Positions 1-12,354 of a stretch of 64,000 bases of DNA are shown piece by piece; position 1 is the stretch's first letter; each line of letters begins with the position of its first letter. The position numbers were made by a program, and so were the translations under genes. The notes beneath the pieces are model-generated. The model was not told the origin of the DNA, searched no databases, and worked only from the letters and a program-made list of their open reading frames with translations. The DNA is from Takakia lepidozioides. Its lineage: Eukaryota > Plantae > Bryophyta. The stretch covers positions 44,268,001 to 44,332,000 of the forward strand of contig CM060734.1 of NCBI GenBank assembly GCA_030704615.1, given 5' to 3'.

Positions 1-66
1 CACTCTGGCATAAAAGCTTTGGGTAATTACTCTTTTGTGAAATTGAGGTTCATTTTACGGTTCCAT

Positions 67-720
67 ATTTTATAGCTTCTCATTGTTGAATAATTGGGAG
101 TTTATTGCTCACGTGAGCAGGCAGCGGCCCCATGCATGGACGTTGGGTGCCCTGGGTGGCCCCGCCGCGACCCATGACCCGGCCCGGGTGGGTCTGCCGC
201 GAGGATAGGTCTGCCGCGAGGCAAGGTCCGCAGGCCCTGACCGGCTGACTGCGGTTGTTTTCTAGGTTAACATATAAAAAAATGTCAGGATAGCAATAAG
301 TAGCGGGTAGTGTGGTGGTTGGATAAATTGAGTGGTACCTACGAGTTTGTTGGTTCAACTTTGGCTGGAGCTAATGTGCATTAATGATGGTTTTGGCTGG
401 TGCTGCATTTGTATTAATGACCCACCCTTTTGATGGGCGAATTATCCCGCAAAAAATTCTAAGTCCCGCGCGCGGGCGGACTGCGGCGCGACGAGCAGAC
501 CATTCCGTTGGACCCAAGACGTCCAACCCGCGAGCGGACCCGAGACCCGACCTGCCAGCAGTGAGCAAACCCTACCCTCGAGCAGACCCAACTTGACCTG
601 CCAGTAGACCTGGACCCGCCGGGTGGTCGCGGATGCGCCCAACATCCATGCATGGGCCGCTGCCTGGCTTACACGTGAGCCTTAAACTCCCAATTATTCA
701 AAAAATGAGAGGCTATTTTA
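67..720. mobile_element. Fold-back / MITE-like element with long imperfect terminal inverted repeats
   Basis: About 70-150 (tagcttctcattgttgaataattgggagtttattgctcacgtg...gcagcggccccatgcatgga) is the reverse complement of about 635-716 (tccatgcatgggccgctgcc...cacgtgagccttaaactcccaattattcaaaaaatgagaggcta). GC-rich inner arms (ggtctgccgcg / cgagcggacc) also pair. No coding capacity. Confidence 0.7.
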
Positions 721-1249
721 TAGGACTCATTCCGGATTTGGAGTGAGTCAATGGATTTCCACTAGTATATTCTGACCCCACACACAGCAACAAGTGGCAT
801 AGTACCCTCTGGAAAGGTCACCGGAAATTCCCTTCCATATTACATAACAGCGTACATTGGTGCCAATGATTCAAATATGATCTCAAGGGGCGGTTTGGAA
901 GTCCCTCCATAAATTTGGTGTACCCTAGCTCAATATATTACTAGGTTGAGATTCCTTAGTTGGAGTAATGTTTAAATAGTTTGTTAGGAAATTAGATATA
1001 ATAAAGATTGTGGGCTGATGTCTAGGACCCGAGTCGAACGTTCATGTGAGGTTAGTTTTTCCTTACCTTGTAATTTGAATTCGAGGCTCTCCTCCCTTTT
1101 CTCTATTATATATATATGTATAAAGGCAAAGGTTGGTTTCTCCAAACTTGACCTTCATTTACAGAAAAAGAAGCTCTTGAAATCCCAAATTGGAACGGGC
1201 GGACTTGCCGCTCCAATTTGAGCACTACTTGGTCTGAGGTGGCGGGGGT

Positions 1250-1352
1250 TGGGCGGGGGTTGGTATCATGTGAGCGCAGCGTGAGCACAACCCACGGTCA
1301 TTGGGTGTTGTATGTTTTTAAACGGCGGCCATAAGAGTTACATGTTTTGAGG
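1250..1352 (+). repeat. Dispersed repeat with an inverted partner at about 47408-47508
   Basis: gggggttggta..gtgagcacaa.ccacggtca..tatgtttttaaac..cataagagttacatgtttt aligns by eye with the reverse complement of 47408-47508. Confidence 0.65.
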
Positions 1353-2300
1353 CACAGTGCATTTATAGGGTACAGTTGCACCAAAACAATAAACTATCTG
1401 ATCTATCTTTCAATTTCGGATTGAGAACTTAAAATTAAGTAGTAGTTTCGGGAGTATGAATTTCAATTTCACATTGAGAAATTAAAATTAAGTAGTAGTT
1501 TCGGGAGTGAGAGTTTCTTCTCGATTAAATATCCATGGGACCTGACAATCTTTAAGGTCTGTTGGAGTCCCAGGGCCTTTTTCTTAAGTCTATCATGGAA
1601 AGGGCCTAGTATGGGGTGAGCATAGCGTGAGGAAATCCCACACCTATAGGGTAACATGTTTATCATGTATAGGGGTTACTTGTTTGTTGTGAGGGCATAT
1701 GTGAGCAATTAAAAATAGTTTCGCAAATGTTTTAGTTTTTTAACCTATTTTTCATCCTCCTAATATGAACTAAAGGGATACAAGCTTTCTATTGATGCTC
1801 ATGCTGAAGCAAACAATACTAGTACCAAAGACTGACCAGTGACACAAGACTGTAAACAGGAATTGCAAGTGTATTTGCAAAAAGACCAAAAAGGTACACA
1901 CCAGCTTAGGCAAGCTTCCAGCTACTCTTAGAGGCTCCCCCTTACACGACGGATAGAGAAGAGATAGATAACAAGCCTGCTGATCAGCGAGAGTATATCC
2001 ATGCCACAAGTGGGAACTACTATCATTAGGATCTTAGAATTCAGTGGCTAGATTTGAATTCATTGGATAACGTAAACTAGCTCGCTAGATAGGTATGAAC
2101 TCGACACCCTAGCTTCCGTCGTTGCCGTTGTGTTGATGCGTCTGAAGTAAGTTAATTCTTTAACTTACTCCTTTATGAACCCAGTGACATTCCAAGACAT
2201 GTTTTCTTCATAAATGATATCAAGACAATGGACTCTGAATTGGAAGTAGTGCCTGCCTCTTGCAAGACGATGTAGAATTACTTTCTGACGTGGAGCATAC

Positions 2301-2402
2301 CTTACCAGGCAAGTCATGGCGAGTGAGCCAGAGAGCAACAATAAGGCCAAACATCGTGTTTAATGGCACCACAATGCCTGTCACTATCAGTGTCATCTTT
2401 AC
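2301..2402 (-). pseudogene. Isolated exon of a SULP2/CysW-like sulfate ABC-transporter permease (probably a captured fragment)
   Basis: cag|VKMTLIVTGIVVPLNTMFGLIVALWLTRHDLPGK|gtatgc is a 102-nt exon with canonical splice sites. It matches the CysW/SULP2 motif LTL...VPLNTVFG..AA..LTR..FPGK. No further permease exons were recognised nearby. Confidence 0.7.
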
Positions 2403-2949
2403 CTGCCATCCCTCCACCGCCCCATCTTTGAACTTCAACTAAAAGGTCTCGTAACTGCAACTCTCTACCTCTCTTTGTTTCAACCAAGCGGCAAACAATT
2501 AAGAGGACTTATTAAGAAACAACTAGAGGATTGAGATGTTGACCATGCAGCTCCTTGGGTCATCAAACAACCACTAAAATGTCACTACAAGAGGAGAGCT
2601 GACGGTGGAAAAAAAGGAGGGCCTTTGCCAATAACTCAAACAAGTAAACCCATGAAAGATCCACGAAAGATCCTTCGCGAATGCAAAACTTGCAAACACA
2701 CTTTACTTTGTGGTTTCTGAACAAAGCCCAACTACTCTTTCCAAAAACACGAACTAAGTATCATACTTACTGCATGCTGGAAATCAGGATAAAAATGTTT
2801 GTGAATAAATGGTTGAACGCCATTCGAAAAGGCCTGAAAATAAAAACACCTGCATGAGTCTAATCTCTGTAAAACCAATTGAATATTGGAAGTATGGAAA
2901 ATAATCACCAGCCACCGATCTCCAATTGATCCCATGAAAAAGTTTTTCG

Positions 2950-3072
2950 AAGTGGTGTCAGTTTTCAGCAATTGTCGATCATGGTTGCCGCTAGATAGTC
3001 CAGGAAGTGGAATCATCAGTGGATTTCTAGGGCATTCATCCCATACATCAGTATTGATGAAGCCGGCCCAAG
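2950..3072. repeat. Inverted duplication with 5683-5808
   Basis: Near-identical segments on opposite strands, both translating to AGFINTDVWDECPRNPLMIPLPGLSSGNHDRQLLKT. Confidence 0.85.
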
Positions 3073-3288
3073 CGCGTTGGGCCCGACTCTCGCCTACGTG
3101 CTGCTCTGGCGTTAGTGAAGAGGTGAGCCGGCTACAGGCCATAGTGAACTATCTTCTGAAGCGCTTTACCTACCGATAGCACTTTCTTGATTTCAATCGC
3201 GTTCAAAGATTGCACAGCTACCTATCGCCTGAAAAAACAAGGTACCTACCTGATTTTTACAAAGTAGGGGACGGCTCGAGTCGGGCCT

Positions 3289-3444
3289 GCGTGCGCTACG
3301 TACGGTAGCGCCCCGCGTGGCCTTAGCTATTGGGTGTATCATGTTTCTACCTACCCTCGACCCTGCGGGTCTCGGAGCGCAGGTAGGAACAAGATACCCC
3401 CAGTAGCAACACCCCTGCGGGGCGCTACCTAGTTCTGAGCGCGC
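3289..3444. other. Long imperfect hairpin (pre-miRNA-like, or two inverted Helitron-like 3' ends)
   Basis: ggtagcgccccgc pairs with gcggggcgctacc, and gctattgggtgtatcatgtttctacct pairs with aggtaggaacaagatacccccagtagc. The right arm ends cccctgcgggg-cgctac-CTAGt. Confidence 0.6.
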
Positions 3445-3799
3445 AGTTACACCTCCTGCTAGCTTCATGTTGAGCAAACAGAGGTGTCTGATTTAGCCCT
3501 AGCTAAGACCTGAGTTAAAAACCTTAACACAACTCACAGAAGATGTCGGATTAAAGCAACTACATACTTCAAAGAGATCTTTGCATAGGGACAAGCTTCT
3601 TGGTACATCTTACAGGCTTACAAAGCTAGGGTGCCTAAACTACTAAACCACAGCACTAATCTATATATGTGTTGCAGTTTTTGCTTAGTTTTTGTAACCC
3701 TCGATCATCATCAAATCAATACTCATTGTATTTTCAACGTGGAGCTGTTCATACTGTGAACTGACTTGTCCGCCACCTTGTATCACAGCAGCTAACTCT

Positions 3800-4085
3800 G
3801 CTTTTACCCAGTGTAGTTCAAGCAACTGCCAATCCAAAGGCCCGGGGTTTTAGAAACAACTCTTAATCTTGCTTTCTGAGCTTTGCCATGGATTCTGCAG
3901 GCACCGAGCTCACACCAAGCAAGGCCTCCCACACCACAACATCCGATTTGATTGACATTTCCTCTGTCTCATCCAATCACCCCGCACGTCCAAGAAGGTC
4001 CACCATGCACCCAAAGTGCTCTACTGTCGGAGACTTGACACCAGGATCTTGACTCAGGGAACCAAAGTAGCGTCTTCTTTCATCC
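3800..4085 (-). pseudogene. PLS-class PPR protein fragment (L2/S2-E region)
   Basis: Translates to [56 protein letters not shown], with stops and frameshifts. Confidence 0.85.
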
Positions 4086-4519
4086 GGTAACATAGCACTT
4101 CTTTCATGCTAGGGTTGAGAGTGATCGGTAGATCAGTTTTGAGGGCGGGTCCTGTTCCACGGGCTCGATTCGGAGGGATGTGAACTATTAATTTTCTGAA
4201 GAAGCGGGAACTCGACGGTTCCTGAAGGACATGGTGTTATGTAGATTATGGGCATAACTTACTAATCCATGACGGGTAGGCAAAGCTAGCAGTGATAATG
4301 AGGGCCGTTGTTTAGAAGTTAGACACGATCTGAATTCGGCCGAGGGCAAGTAATCTGAGGAGAGGTGTGAATGAGTGAATAAAGCGGAGAAAGTGGCCAT
4401 TACTGTAAACATAAACATGTCGTAGGCATATATGTTGAACAGCAAAGTGTGGGTGTAGTACTTATCGTAGGACCTATGTGTGTGAACATATCGTGAACAA
4501 CATACTTTTCTGGTTCAAT

Positions 4520-4720
4520 CGGTGGCTCAGCGTATATTCAGTTTATTATATTCAGTTCCCTTCAGATTTATCCCTTCAGTTCTATTATATTTAGTTCCCT
4601 TCAGACTTATCCCTTCATCTCTATTACATTCACTTCCTCTCGGTTTTTTCACGATGAGTTCCATTATATTCAGTTCTTTTCAAATTTATTCATCCAACTC
4701 CATCACATTTAATTTTCACA
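4520..4720. repeat. Degenerate minisatellite (ttcagttcccttcagatttatcc-type)
   Basis: Repeated ttcagtt/ttccct/attatat units. Confidence 0.6.
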
Positions 4721-5810
4721 TTTGATCATTGCATTTAGATATTATGATTTTTTATCAAGGTGAAGAACACCATGTATTTCTTTTCTAAATTTCACATTTA
4801 TTTTGTAACTATTATATTATATATATATGTATATTTCCCCCTCCTCAAGGGCCTGAATTGTGGACTGTCGCTCCCAAGTTTCTTTTAATTATATATATGT
4901 AAAGTATTTATGTCATAATCATATCCATATAGATAGATTATTTTGTGTTCTCTTTAATTATTTTGTTGTGTTAACATGCTAAGTGCTTCAATATTGTGTG
5001 TATGGTTTATCTTATACAATCTTTGTTAAATAACAAGAACAACAAAAATCTCCTTTCACAAAGCAATTCCTAAATATTTGTTACATGAAACTTTAATTTA
5101 ATATACCAAATTATGTAATCACTAGGTATTATCTAGTTAGATTCCAATATTTGTTAGATTTGAATCTAAGGCAAGATGTCTTTTTACTGGTAGTCCCAAT
5201 TTTGTATATTAAATATTTGAATATTCAATTATTTTATTAAATGAGGACCGCTAGTGCTAGCCTTCAATTTTGTAATTAGGGTGGAGCCATTACGCGACTA
5301 GCCGCTTGTTAATAAAACTGAGGAAAAAATAACCTCAGGGAAAAACAAGTTACAACCATAAGGATGATAAATGAGACACTGCCCCGTGGCCATATCTGAG
5401 AGAGGCTGCAGGAGACTAAGGATGAGTAGGTCCATAGCAGCGACACAAGAAGACAAAGGGTCATTGATTCTGCGTCCAGAGGATTCAAAATAGAGGTGGG
5501 CTTTGGATTTACCCTTTCTAGAGGTTCTCTTATGCCTCCAATTCCTATCTAATTCTTCTTGCTCCATAGATAGATGGGTGCTAGTGGAGCTGCCAACATA
5601 GCGGGATGTTATCGTTCCAGACAATCGATGAGTCTGATGTCCTTGTGCAAATGATTGCACTCGTCACCACTTGAGCGTGCGGTTGGGCCGGCTTCATCAA
5701 TACTGATGTATGGGATGAATGCCCTAGAAATCCACTGATGATTCCACTTCCTGGTCTATCCAGCGGCAACCATGATCGACAACTGCTGAAAACCGGCACC
5801 ACTGCGGAAC

Positions 5811-7995
5811 GGATGTGGTTGAAGCCCCTCTTTTGCCCGCACGTGCTTGAACATGTGTGCGGCACATATGCGGAGACACAACAGACGAATAAATCATTTG
5901 CCTCCCATCGACACCAAGCCATTCCATAATGTAATTGAATTTAAATTAATTTTAAGCCAATAAATAGGTTTGCACTGCTTTTCATTGGGGGTTTCTGGCA
6001 CGTATCAATGTTTTTTTAGGCTCAATTTTGTTTTAGCGGCTTCCAGCATCCCACCACTACTCCCCCGCCAAAATTTGGACCAATCAAAAATGCCCCCAAA
6101 AAAAAGTGTTATCTTCGCTCACTATTGCAGAACTCTCTATGAAGAGTGCATGAAGTTGAACACAAATCAAGTTTGGAGTGCAAAACAGGGAAGAAACTAT
6201 GGTTTTGGGTCCAAATGAATTATGTTCGTTCCCAAATTTGGCACGCATGTTGCATATGGCTACATTACACGCCCCATTCAAAAACCGAATGAAAAAAAAA
6301 TCGTGAGCACGCGAAACACAGTCCAACAGGTCCCAAAGCAATAGCAGATCCAGCGGAATACATTCAACGGGTGAATGGATGGTTGCCCATCCAAATCATA
6401 TTTGTTTGCTTCCAACTTTGCCAGTACGTTCGAGACACCCTCTCACAGGTCCCGGACTAATATCAGATCAATCGAAATTCATTCGATGGCTCAACGGATG
6501 GTTGGCCATCGAGATGATTTTGGTTCGCTTTGAGACTTGGCCAGTATGTTCAATGTGTCATGGAAGAGGCCCCAGAGTAATATGAGATCAATCGAAATTC
6601 GTTCGATGGGCCAATGAGGCGTTCAGTAGTCATCTGGTTTTTGTTCATTGCGAAAAAGAAATCTAGCAATGCGTGCACGGCTATTGCACCCATTGAACGG
6701 ATGTGGTTGAAGCCCTTCTTTTGCCCGCATGTGCTTGAACATGTGTGCGACACATGTGCGGAGATACAACAGACGAATAAATCATTTGCCTCCCCATCGA
6801 CACCAAGCCATTCCATAATGTAATTGAATTTAAATTAATTTTAAGCCAATAAATAGGTTTGCACTGCTTTTCATTGGGGGTTTCTGGCACGTATCGATTT
6901 TGTTTTTTGCTCAATTTTGTTCTGCGACTTCCAGCATCCCACCACTACTCCCCCGCCAAAATTTGGACCAATCAAAAATGCCCCAAAAAAAAGTATTATC
7001 TTCGCTCACTATTGCAGAACTCTCTATGAAGAGTGCATGAAGTTGAACACATATCAAGTTCGGAGTGCAAAACAGGGAAAAAACTGTGGTTTTGGGTCCA
7101 AATGAATTATGTTCGCTCCCAAATTTGGCACGCACGTTGCATATGGCTACATTACACTCCCCATTCAAAAACCGAATGAAAAAAAAATCGTGAATACGCG
7201 AAACACAGTCCAACAGGTCCCAAAGCAATAGCAGATCCAGATGAATACATTCAACGGGTGAACGGATGGTTGCCCATCCAAATCATATTTGTTTGCTTCC
7301 AAATTTTGCCAGTACGTTTGAGACACCCTCTCACAGGCCCCGGACTAATATCAGATCAATCGAAATTCATTCGATGGCTCAACGGATGGTTGGCCTGTAT
7401 GTTCAATGTGCCATGGAAGAGGCCCCAGAGTAATATGAGATCAATCGAAATTTGTTCAATGGGCCGACAGATGGTTGCCCATCCAAATGATTTTCGTTCG
7501 TTTTGAGACTTGGCCAGTGTGTTCAATGTACCCTCTGATAGGTCCTAGTGTAATATGAGATCAATCGAAATTCGTTCGATGGGCCAATGAGGCGTTCAGT
7601 TGTCATCTGGTTTTTGTTCATTGCGAAAAAGAAATCCTGCAATGCGTGCACGGCTATTGCACCCATTGAACGGATGTGGTTGAAGCCCCTCTTTTGCTCG
7701 CATGTGCTTGAACATGTGTGCGACACATGTACGGAGACACAACAGACGAATAAATCATTTGCCTCCCCATCGACACCAAGCCATTCCATAATGTAATTGA
7801 GTTTAAATTAATTTTAAGCCAATAAATAGGTTTGCACTGCCTTTCATTGGGGGTTTCTGGCACGTATCGATTTTGTTTTTGGCTCAATTTTGTTCTGCGG
7901 CTTCCAGCATCCCACCACCACTCCCCCGCCAAAATTTGGACCAATCAAAAATGCCCAAAAAAAAAAGTGTTCTCTTTGCTCACTATTGCAGAACT
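5811..7995 (+). repeat. Tandem array of 0.9-1.0 kb units (two full and one partial) with internal ~120-bp sub-repeats
   Basis: ggatgtggttgaagccc recurs at about 5811, 6699 and 7672, and the ORF track shows repeated near-identical peptides. An inverted copy lies at 12355-12905. Confidence 0.9.
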
Positions 7996-8165
7996 TTTTT
8001 TACTTTACTATTGATTATTTACTATGAGAACCGACGTGGCAACCGATGTGGCCTCATTACGTGGACTTCATTAATTATCTGTAAAATTCATAAATTATGA
8101 TTTATATTGTCAATCATGTGACCGTCAGCAAAGGTTGGTCGGACAAATTTTTATTTTTTTTAAAT

Positions 8166-8540
8166 AGGCGCGACCACCAGAATAGGGTGGTCGCACATTT
8201 TTTCTTATTTTTTAAATGGGTGCGACCACCAGCAAGTGGTGGTCGCAACATTTTCATTTTTTTTAGTAGGTGCGACCACAAGCAGAGGGTGGTCGCACAT
8301 TTTTTTTTAATAAAATTGGGTGCGACCACCAGCAGGTGTTAGTCGTAATTTAAAAATAAATAAAAAAATAGGTGCGACTACCCTCTGCTTGTGGTGGTCG
8401 CACATTTTTAATTATTTTTTAAATGGGTGCGACCACCAGCAGGGGATGGTCGCACATTTTTAATTATTTTTTAAATGGGTGCGACCACCAGCCGGTGGTG
8501 GTCGCAGACTTTTTCTTTTTTGTTATTAGGTGCGACCGCT
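8166..8540. repeat. Array of about 7.5 palindromic sites GTGCGACCACC-N7-10-GGTGGTCGCAC at ~51-52 bp spacing with A/T spacers
   Basis: Units start near 8168, 8219, 8269, 8319, 8371, 8426, 8478 and 8529 (half site). Confidence 0.9.
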
Positions 8541-8606
8541 CCCTGGACACGTGGCGAGGCGTGAATGGGCAGTAGAGGCGGTCGTACGTCAGGCCTCTCC
8601 AGGCAG

Positions 8607-8613
8607 TATATAA
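8607..8613 (+). promoter_or_regulatory. Putative TATA box of the kinase cargo gene
   Basis: TATATAAG followed by a CT-rich tract, lying between the palindromic array and the ATG at 8902. Confidence 0.45.
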
Positions 8614-8901
8614 GGGCCTACCCCTCATTCCCAACCTATTTTTTTCTCTCTCTGTGAGTGCGGTTCTGGGGTTTCTTGGAGTTTGAACTTCAGTGGCCAG
8701 GACTGAGCGTGGGGGGGGGGGAAAGTGGATTTGTGTGGGGGAGGAGTTTTTGCCTTTTTTTCCTGGGAGTGCGGGAGAGTTTGCTTTGGGTACTATACCA
8801 ATAGAGGGTGAGGAAATTGGTCTGCTAGTATATAAGTTATCGATAGTTTGGGTTTAGTTTTCCGTTACGAAGCCGCGTCTATTCCGCAAAGTACTTTCAT
8901 C

Positions 8902-10410
8902 ATGTCCGGAAACGTTGCTTCGAGCACAGTGTCAGGGGGTTCCTCGGGAAGTGGGCGTAAAGGTAGGAAGCGTAAACATGCACATGAACGAGATAGTCAG
9001 GTCAACAAAAAAGACTATCCAAGCGCAGAAGCCGCGAAGGTGGTCAAGCAAGTAGTGCTGGATTATTTGAAGGACAATGACATAATGCGTTTGAATCTTT
9101 TGTATGTCCGACCTGGGAATGAGGGGTTCCTTAGATTCCAGCACAATATGGAGATGAGAATGAAGGAGGGTTTGGCCGGGGATGAATGGGAAGAGGACAG
9201 GGCAAAGTTCCAGTTCACGAAATGGATGGAGGACCGGGCCCATGATGCCACATGGAATCTAAGGCAAACCATGGACAAGTTTGTTACGAGAACACCTGTA
9301 GCTGAAACGCATGCTCCAACTTCGGAGGAGGAGTTGTTTGTGCTTGTGGATTGGTGGTCTGACATGGCAAGGCCCACGCCAAATGACGTACAAAACCACT
9401 CCCATGGAAGGCAAGGTCCTCGTCCGCGGATGCGGCATTGAACGTGAGATACATATCCACAAACCCACAGGTACAACAACTCGACGCGCCCAAACAGGGA
9501 GGATATGGTACAATTCGGAGGGTTAGAATTGTTGGGGATCAATTCATTTCTCCATCTTAGGAGCTAGCAGGGAAAACGCCTAGGGAAACAAATGCTAAGC
9601 TTGCCAAAGTCCAACATAACAATGAGGCGTTGGCTGTAAAGTTCCATTATTTCGGCATCATAAAGTATTTTGCGTTGCATCCACGTCGAAATGAAGGTTA
9701 CACGCATTGGTGGAATGGGGGGACCATACGATCATGGTTGAGTATTGACAGGAAATGGGGGAATGATCGGGATAACAGGGAGTTAATGAAACGACGGGGG
9801 ACGGAGCAGGAAATGCAGGAGGTCAACCGACTGGTTCGATTCCGAAAGAATCGCACCCAATTGGCATGGGCGCTTTTGCACATCATGCTCAACGTCCATA
9901 ATCACCACCTCTTGCACAACGACATGTCCCCCGACAACATCTTGTTGTATTTTCCACAAGGGTCTGAAGATGTGTACATCGGGGTATGCGATTGAGGGAT
10001 GGCCTCCACGACGGATGACCCAAAAACCACGTTGTACATTTTCGAGAGCAGAGATAAGATGATAAAAACTCTCACACATAGATGGTGGATTGCACCTGAA
10101 ATTGCAATTGTTCATAATGTAGCCAACAACCAGTCACATGGCACACCTCGTAGGCCCCCCTCTAACCATGCCATCAGAGACCTTTGCAATTGGAAAGATA
10201 GCCTAGGCAATAAATGGGGGTAACACGTTCGATGCAAGTCTGTTCAACGATATGTCTACTGGAACCTGTTTTGCTTCTGCTCTGGAAAACTTATGTGTAG
10301 ACACAGTAGAGTTGCGGTACAAACTAGAAAATGTTGTGAAGCGTTTCATGACGGGGCTATTCAATTGGCCTGAGCCCAAAAATTGCTGGAGGATGGATAG
10401 AAACTTGTAG
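8902..10410 (+). pseudogene. Decayed atypical protein kinase with an NLS-bearing N-terminal domain
   Basis: N-terminal GRKGRKRKH. Kinase motifs EALAV..YFGIIK, WWNGGTI, LLHNDMSPDNILL (VIb), IGVCD*GMA (DWG with nonsense), RWWIAPE (VIII), SETFAIGKIA (IX). Interrupted by stops and frameshifts. Confidence 0.8.
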
Positions 10411-10559
10411 ACCTCTGACTGTACATCATGTTTGAATAAATGTTGTTTTCAATTGTGTTTGTCTTATACTATAATGTTTTAATGGTTTGTTACTTGGCCA
10501 TGGCACCTGGGTCCATCATATGGGATAATCAAGCACCACACCCACAAATCTTGAAGAGT

Positions 10560-12345
10560 GACAGTGTACACCGGATCAATGGGTGAACCAATCATTCCCC
10601 TGCCAAATGATTTTAGATTGATTTGAAACTTTGGGAGTGTATTGTACATGCCATCTTTAAGTTACCGGACAAGTATGAGGTCAATCTAAAATGGTTCTAA
10701 GGGTGAACCAATAGTTCCCCTATTAAATAATTCATGATTGAAAAAAGGTTGAAAGGTTTAACGAGTCGTTCGGGGGGGCAAATGTTTATTTCTTCGCTTG
10801 CAACTTTGTGTACGTGATTTGTACGTACTTAAGCACATATGGACCAAAGTTGAACTTCAACAAAATTGTTTGAATCGGTTATTCAAATTCATAAGGAGAA
10901 ACAACCTTTCGCCTGCACATGAATTGTTTTTAATTCCATTCTGAAGCCATATGCTTGATAACAACATGAAGAGTTGTATGCAAAATATCACCATGAACAG
11001 ACATCGTCTGCATCCAAAACACATTTTATTCCCTCATTTGCACTCCAAGGTGAAGTTATCTTCAACTTCATGCACTCTTCATAGAGAGTTCTGCAATAGT
11101 GAGCATAGAACAAAGGATGAACGTTTTTTTTCCAAACATTTTTCTTTGGTACATTTTTTGGCAAGGATGTGGTGGTGTGAGGGTTCAACTCACAGAACAA
11201 AATCAAGCCAAAAACAAAATCATTGCGCCCCACAATCCTATGCCCTCTAAATCATTTTATTTAGTAAAAATGCAGTTCAATTCAAAATTGGATGAAAGGG
11301 TGAACGGAAACTTCCCCGATGAAATGATATTTTATTGCTCCGAAACTTTGCAAGTGTCTTCTACATGCCCTCTTACACGTCTTTGAGAAGTATGACATCA
11401 ATCTAAAATGGTTTGAAGGGTGAACCAATCGTCCCCCTACCAAATGATTTTAAATTGATTTGAAACTTTGCAAGTGCCTTGTACATGCCCTCTTACAGGT
11501 TTTTCACAAGTTTCAAATCAATCTAAAATGGTTAAAAGGTGTGAATCAATCATGAACATATCAAATGATTTTGGAGTGCTTTAAAGCTTTGCAAGTGTCT
11601 TTCACATGCCATTTTAAAGGTACCAGACAAGTATGAGGTTAGTAAAATATGGTTGAAAGGGTGAACCAATTGTTCCCCTATCAAATGATTTTACATTGCT
11701 TTGAAGCTTTGCAAGTGTCAGCCACATGCCCTCCTACAAGTACCGGACAAGTATGACGTGAATAAAAAATGGTTGAAAGGGTGAACCAATCATTCCGCTA
11801 TCAAATGATTTTATATTGCTTTGGATGTCATTGCTTTGGTAATTCTAGCCCCCCAATGGCCATTGTAACCCTTGAATTACAATTCAAAATGCAATTCAAG
11901 CTCTTAAAATGGGTACTGCCAGTCCCTAAAATGACCAACCCCGGCCGCCCCTCAAATTGTAATTTGAGCCCTTGAAATTGTCAATTCCAACCCCTCAAAT
12001 TGCACTTCTAGCCCTTGAAATGACAATTCCCGGCCCTCAAATTGCAACTGTAGCCTGTGAAATGGCAATTGCTAGTGCAGCCCCTGAAATTGGCAATTGA
12101 AGCCCTTGGAATGGCAGTTTCAGCCCCTGAAATTGGCAATTCGAGCCCCATAAATGACAATTTCAGCCCCTGAAATTGGATATGGGTGAACCAAGCATTC
12201 CCCTACCAAATGATTTTGGATTCATTTGAAACTTTGCGAGTGTCTTGTACATGCCCTCTTAAAGTTACTAGACAAGTATGATATCAATGTTAAATGGTTC
12301 AAAGGGTGAACCAACAGTTCCCCTGTTGGATGATTCATGATTAAT
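10560..12345 (+). repeat. Diverged ~120-bp repeat units plus a ~21-bp minisatellite (11860-12180)
   Basis: gggtgaaccaat..ccctaccaaatgatttt..tttgaaactttgcaagtgtc recurs, together with cccctgaaattggcaattt units. 11065-11165 is an inverted relative of 6065-6155. Confidence 0.8.
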
Positions 12346-12354
12346 CGTTAACGA

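Noticed and set aside
2583-2600. CACTA terminus (CACTACAAGA)
   Set aside because: No subterminal repeats or partner TIR are visible.
5724-7944. Repeated short ORFs (MEWLGVDG.., MLWDLLDC..)
   Set aside because: They arise on both strands from non-coding tandem repeats, with inconsistent frames between copies.
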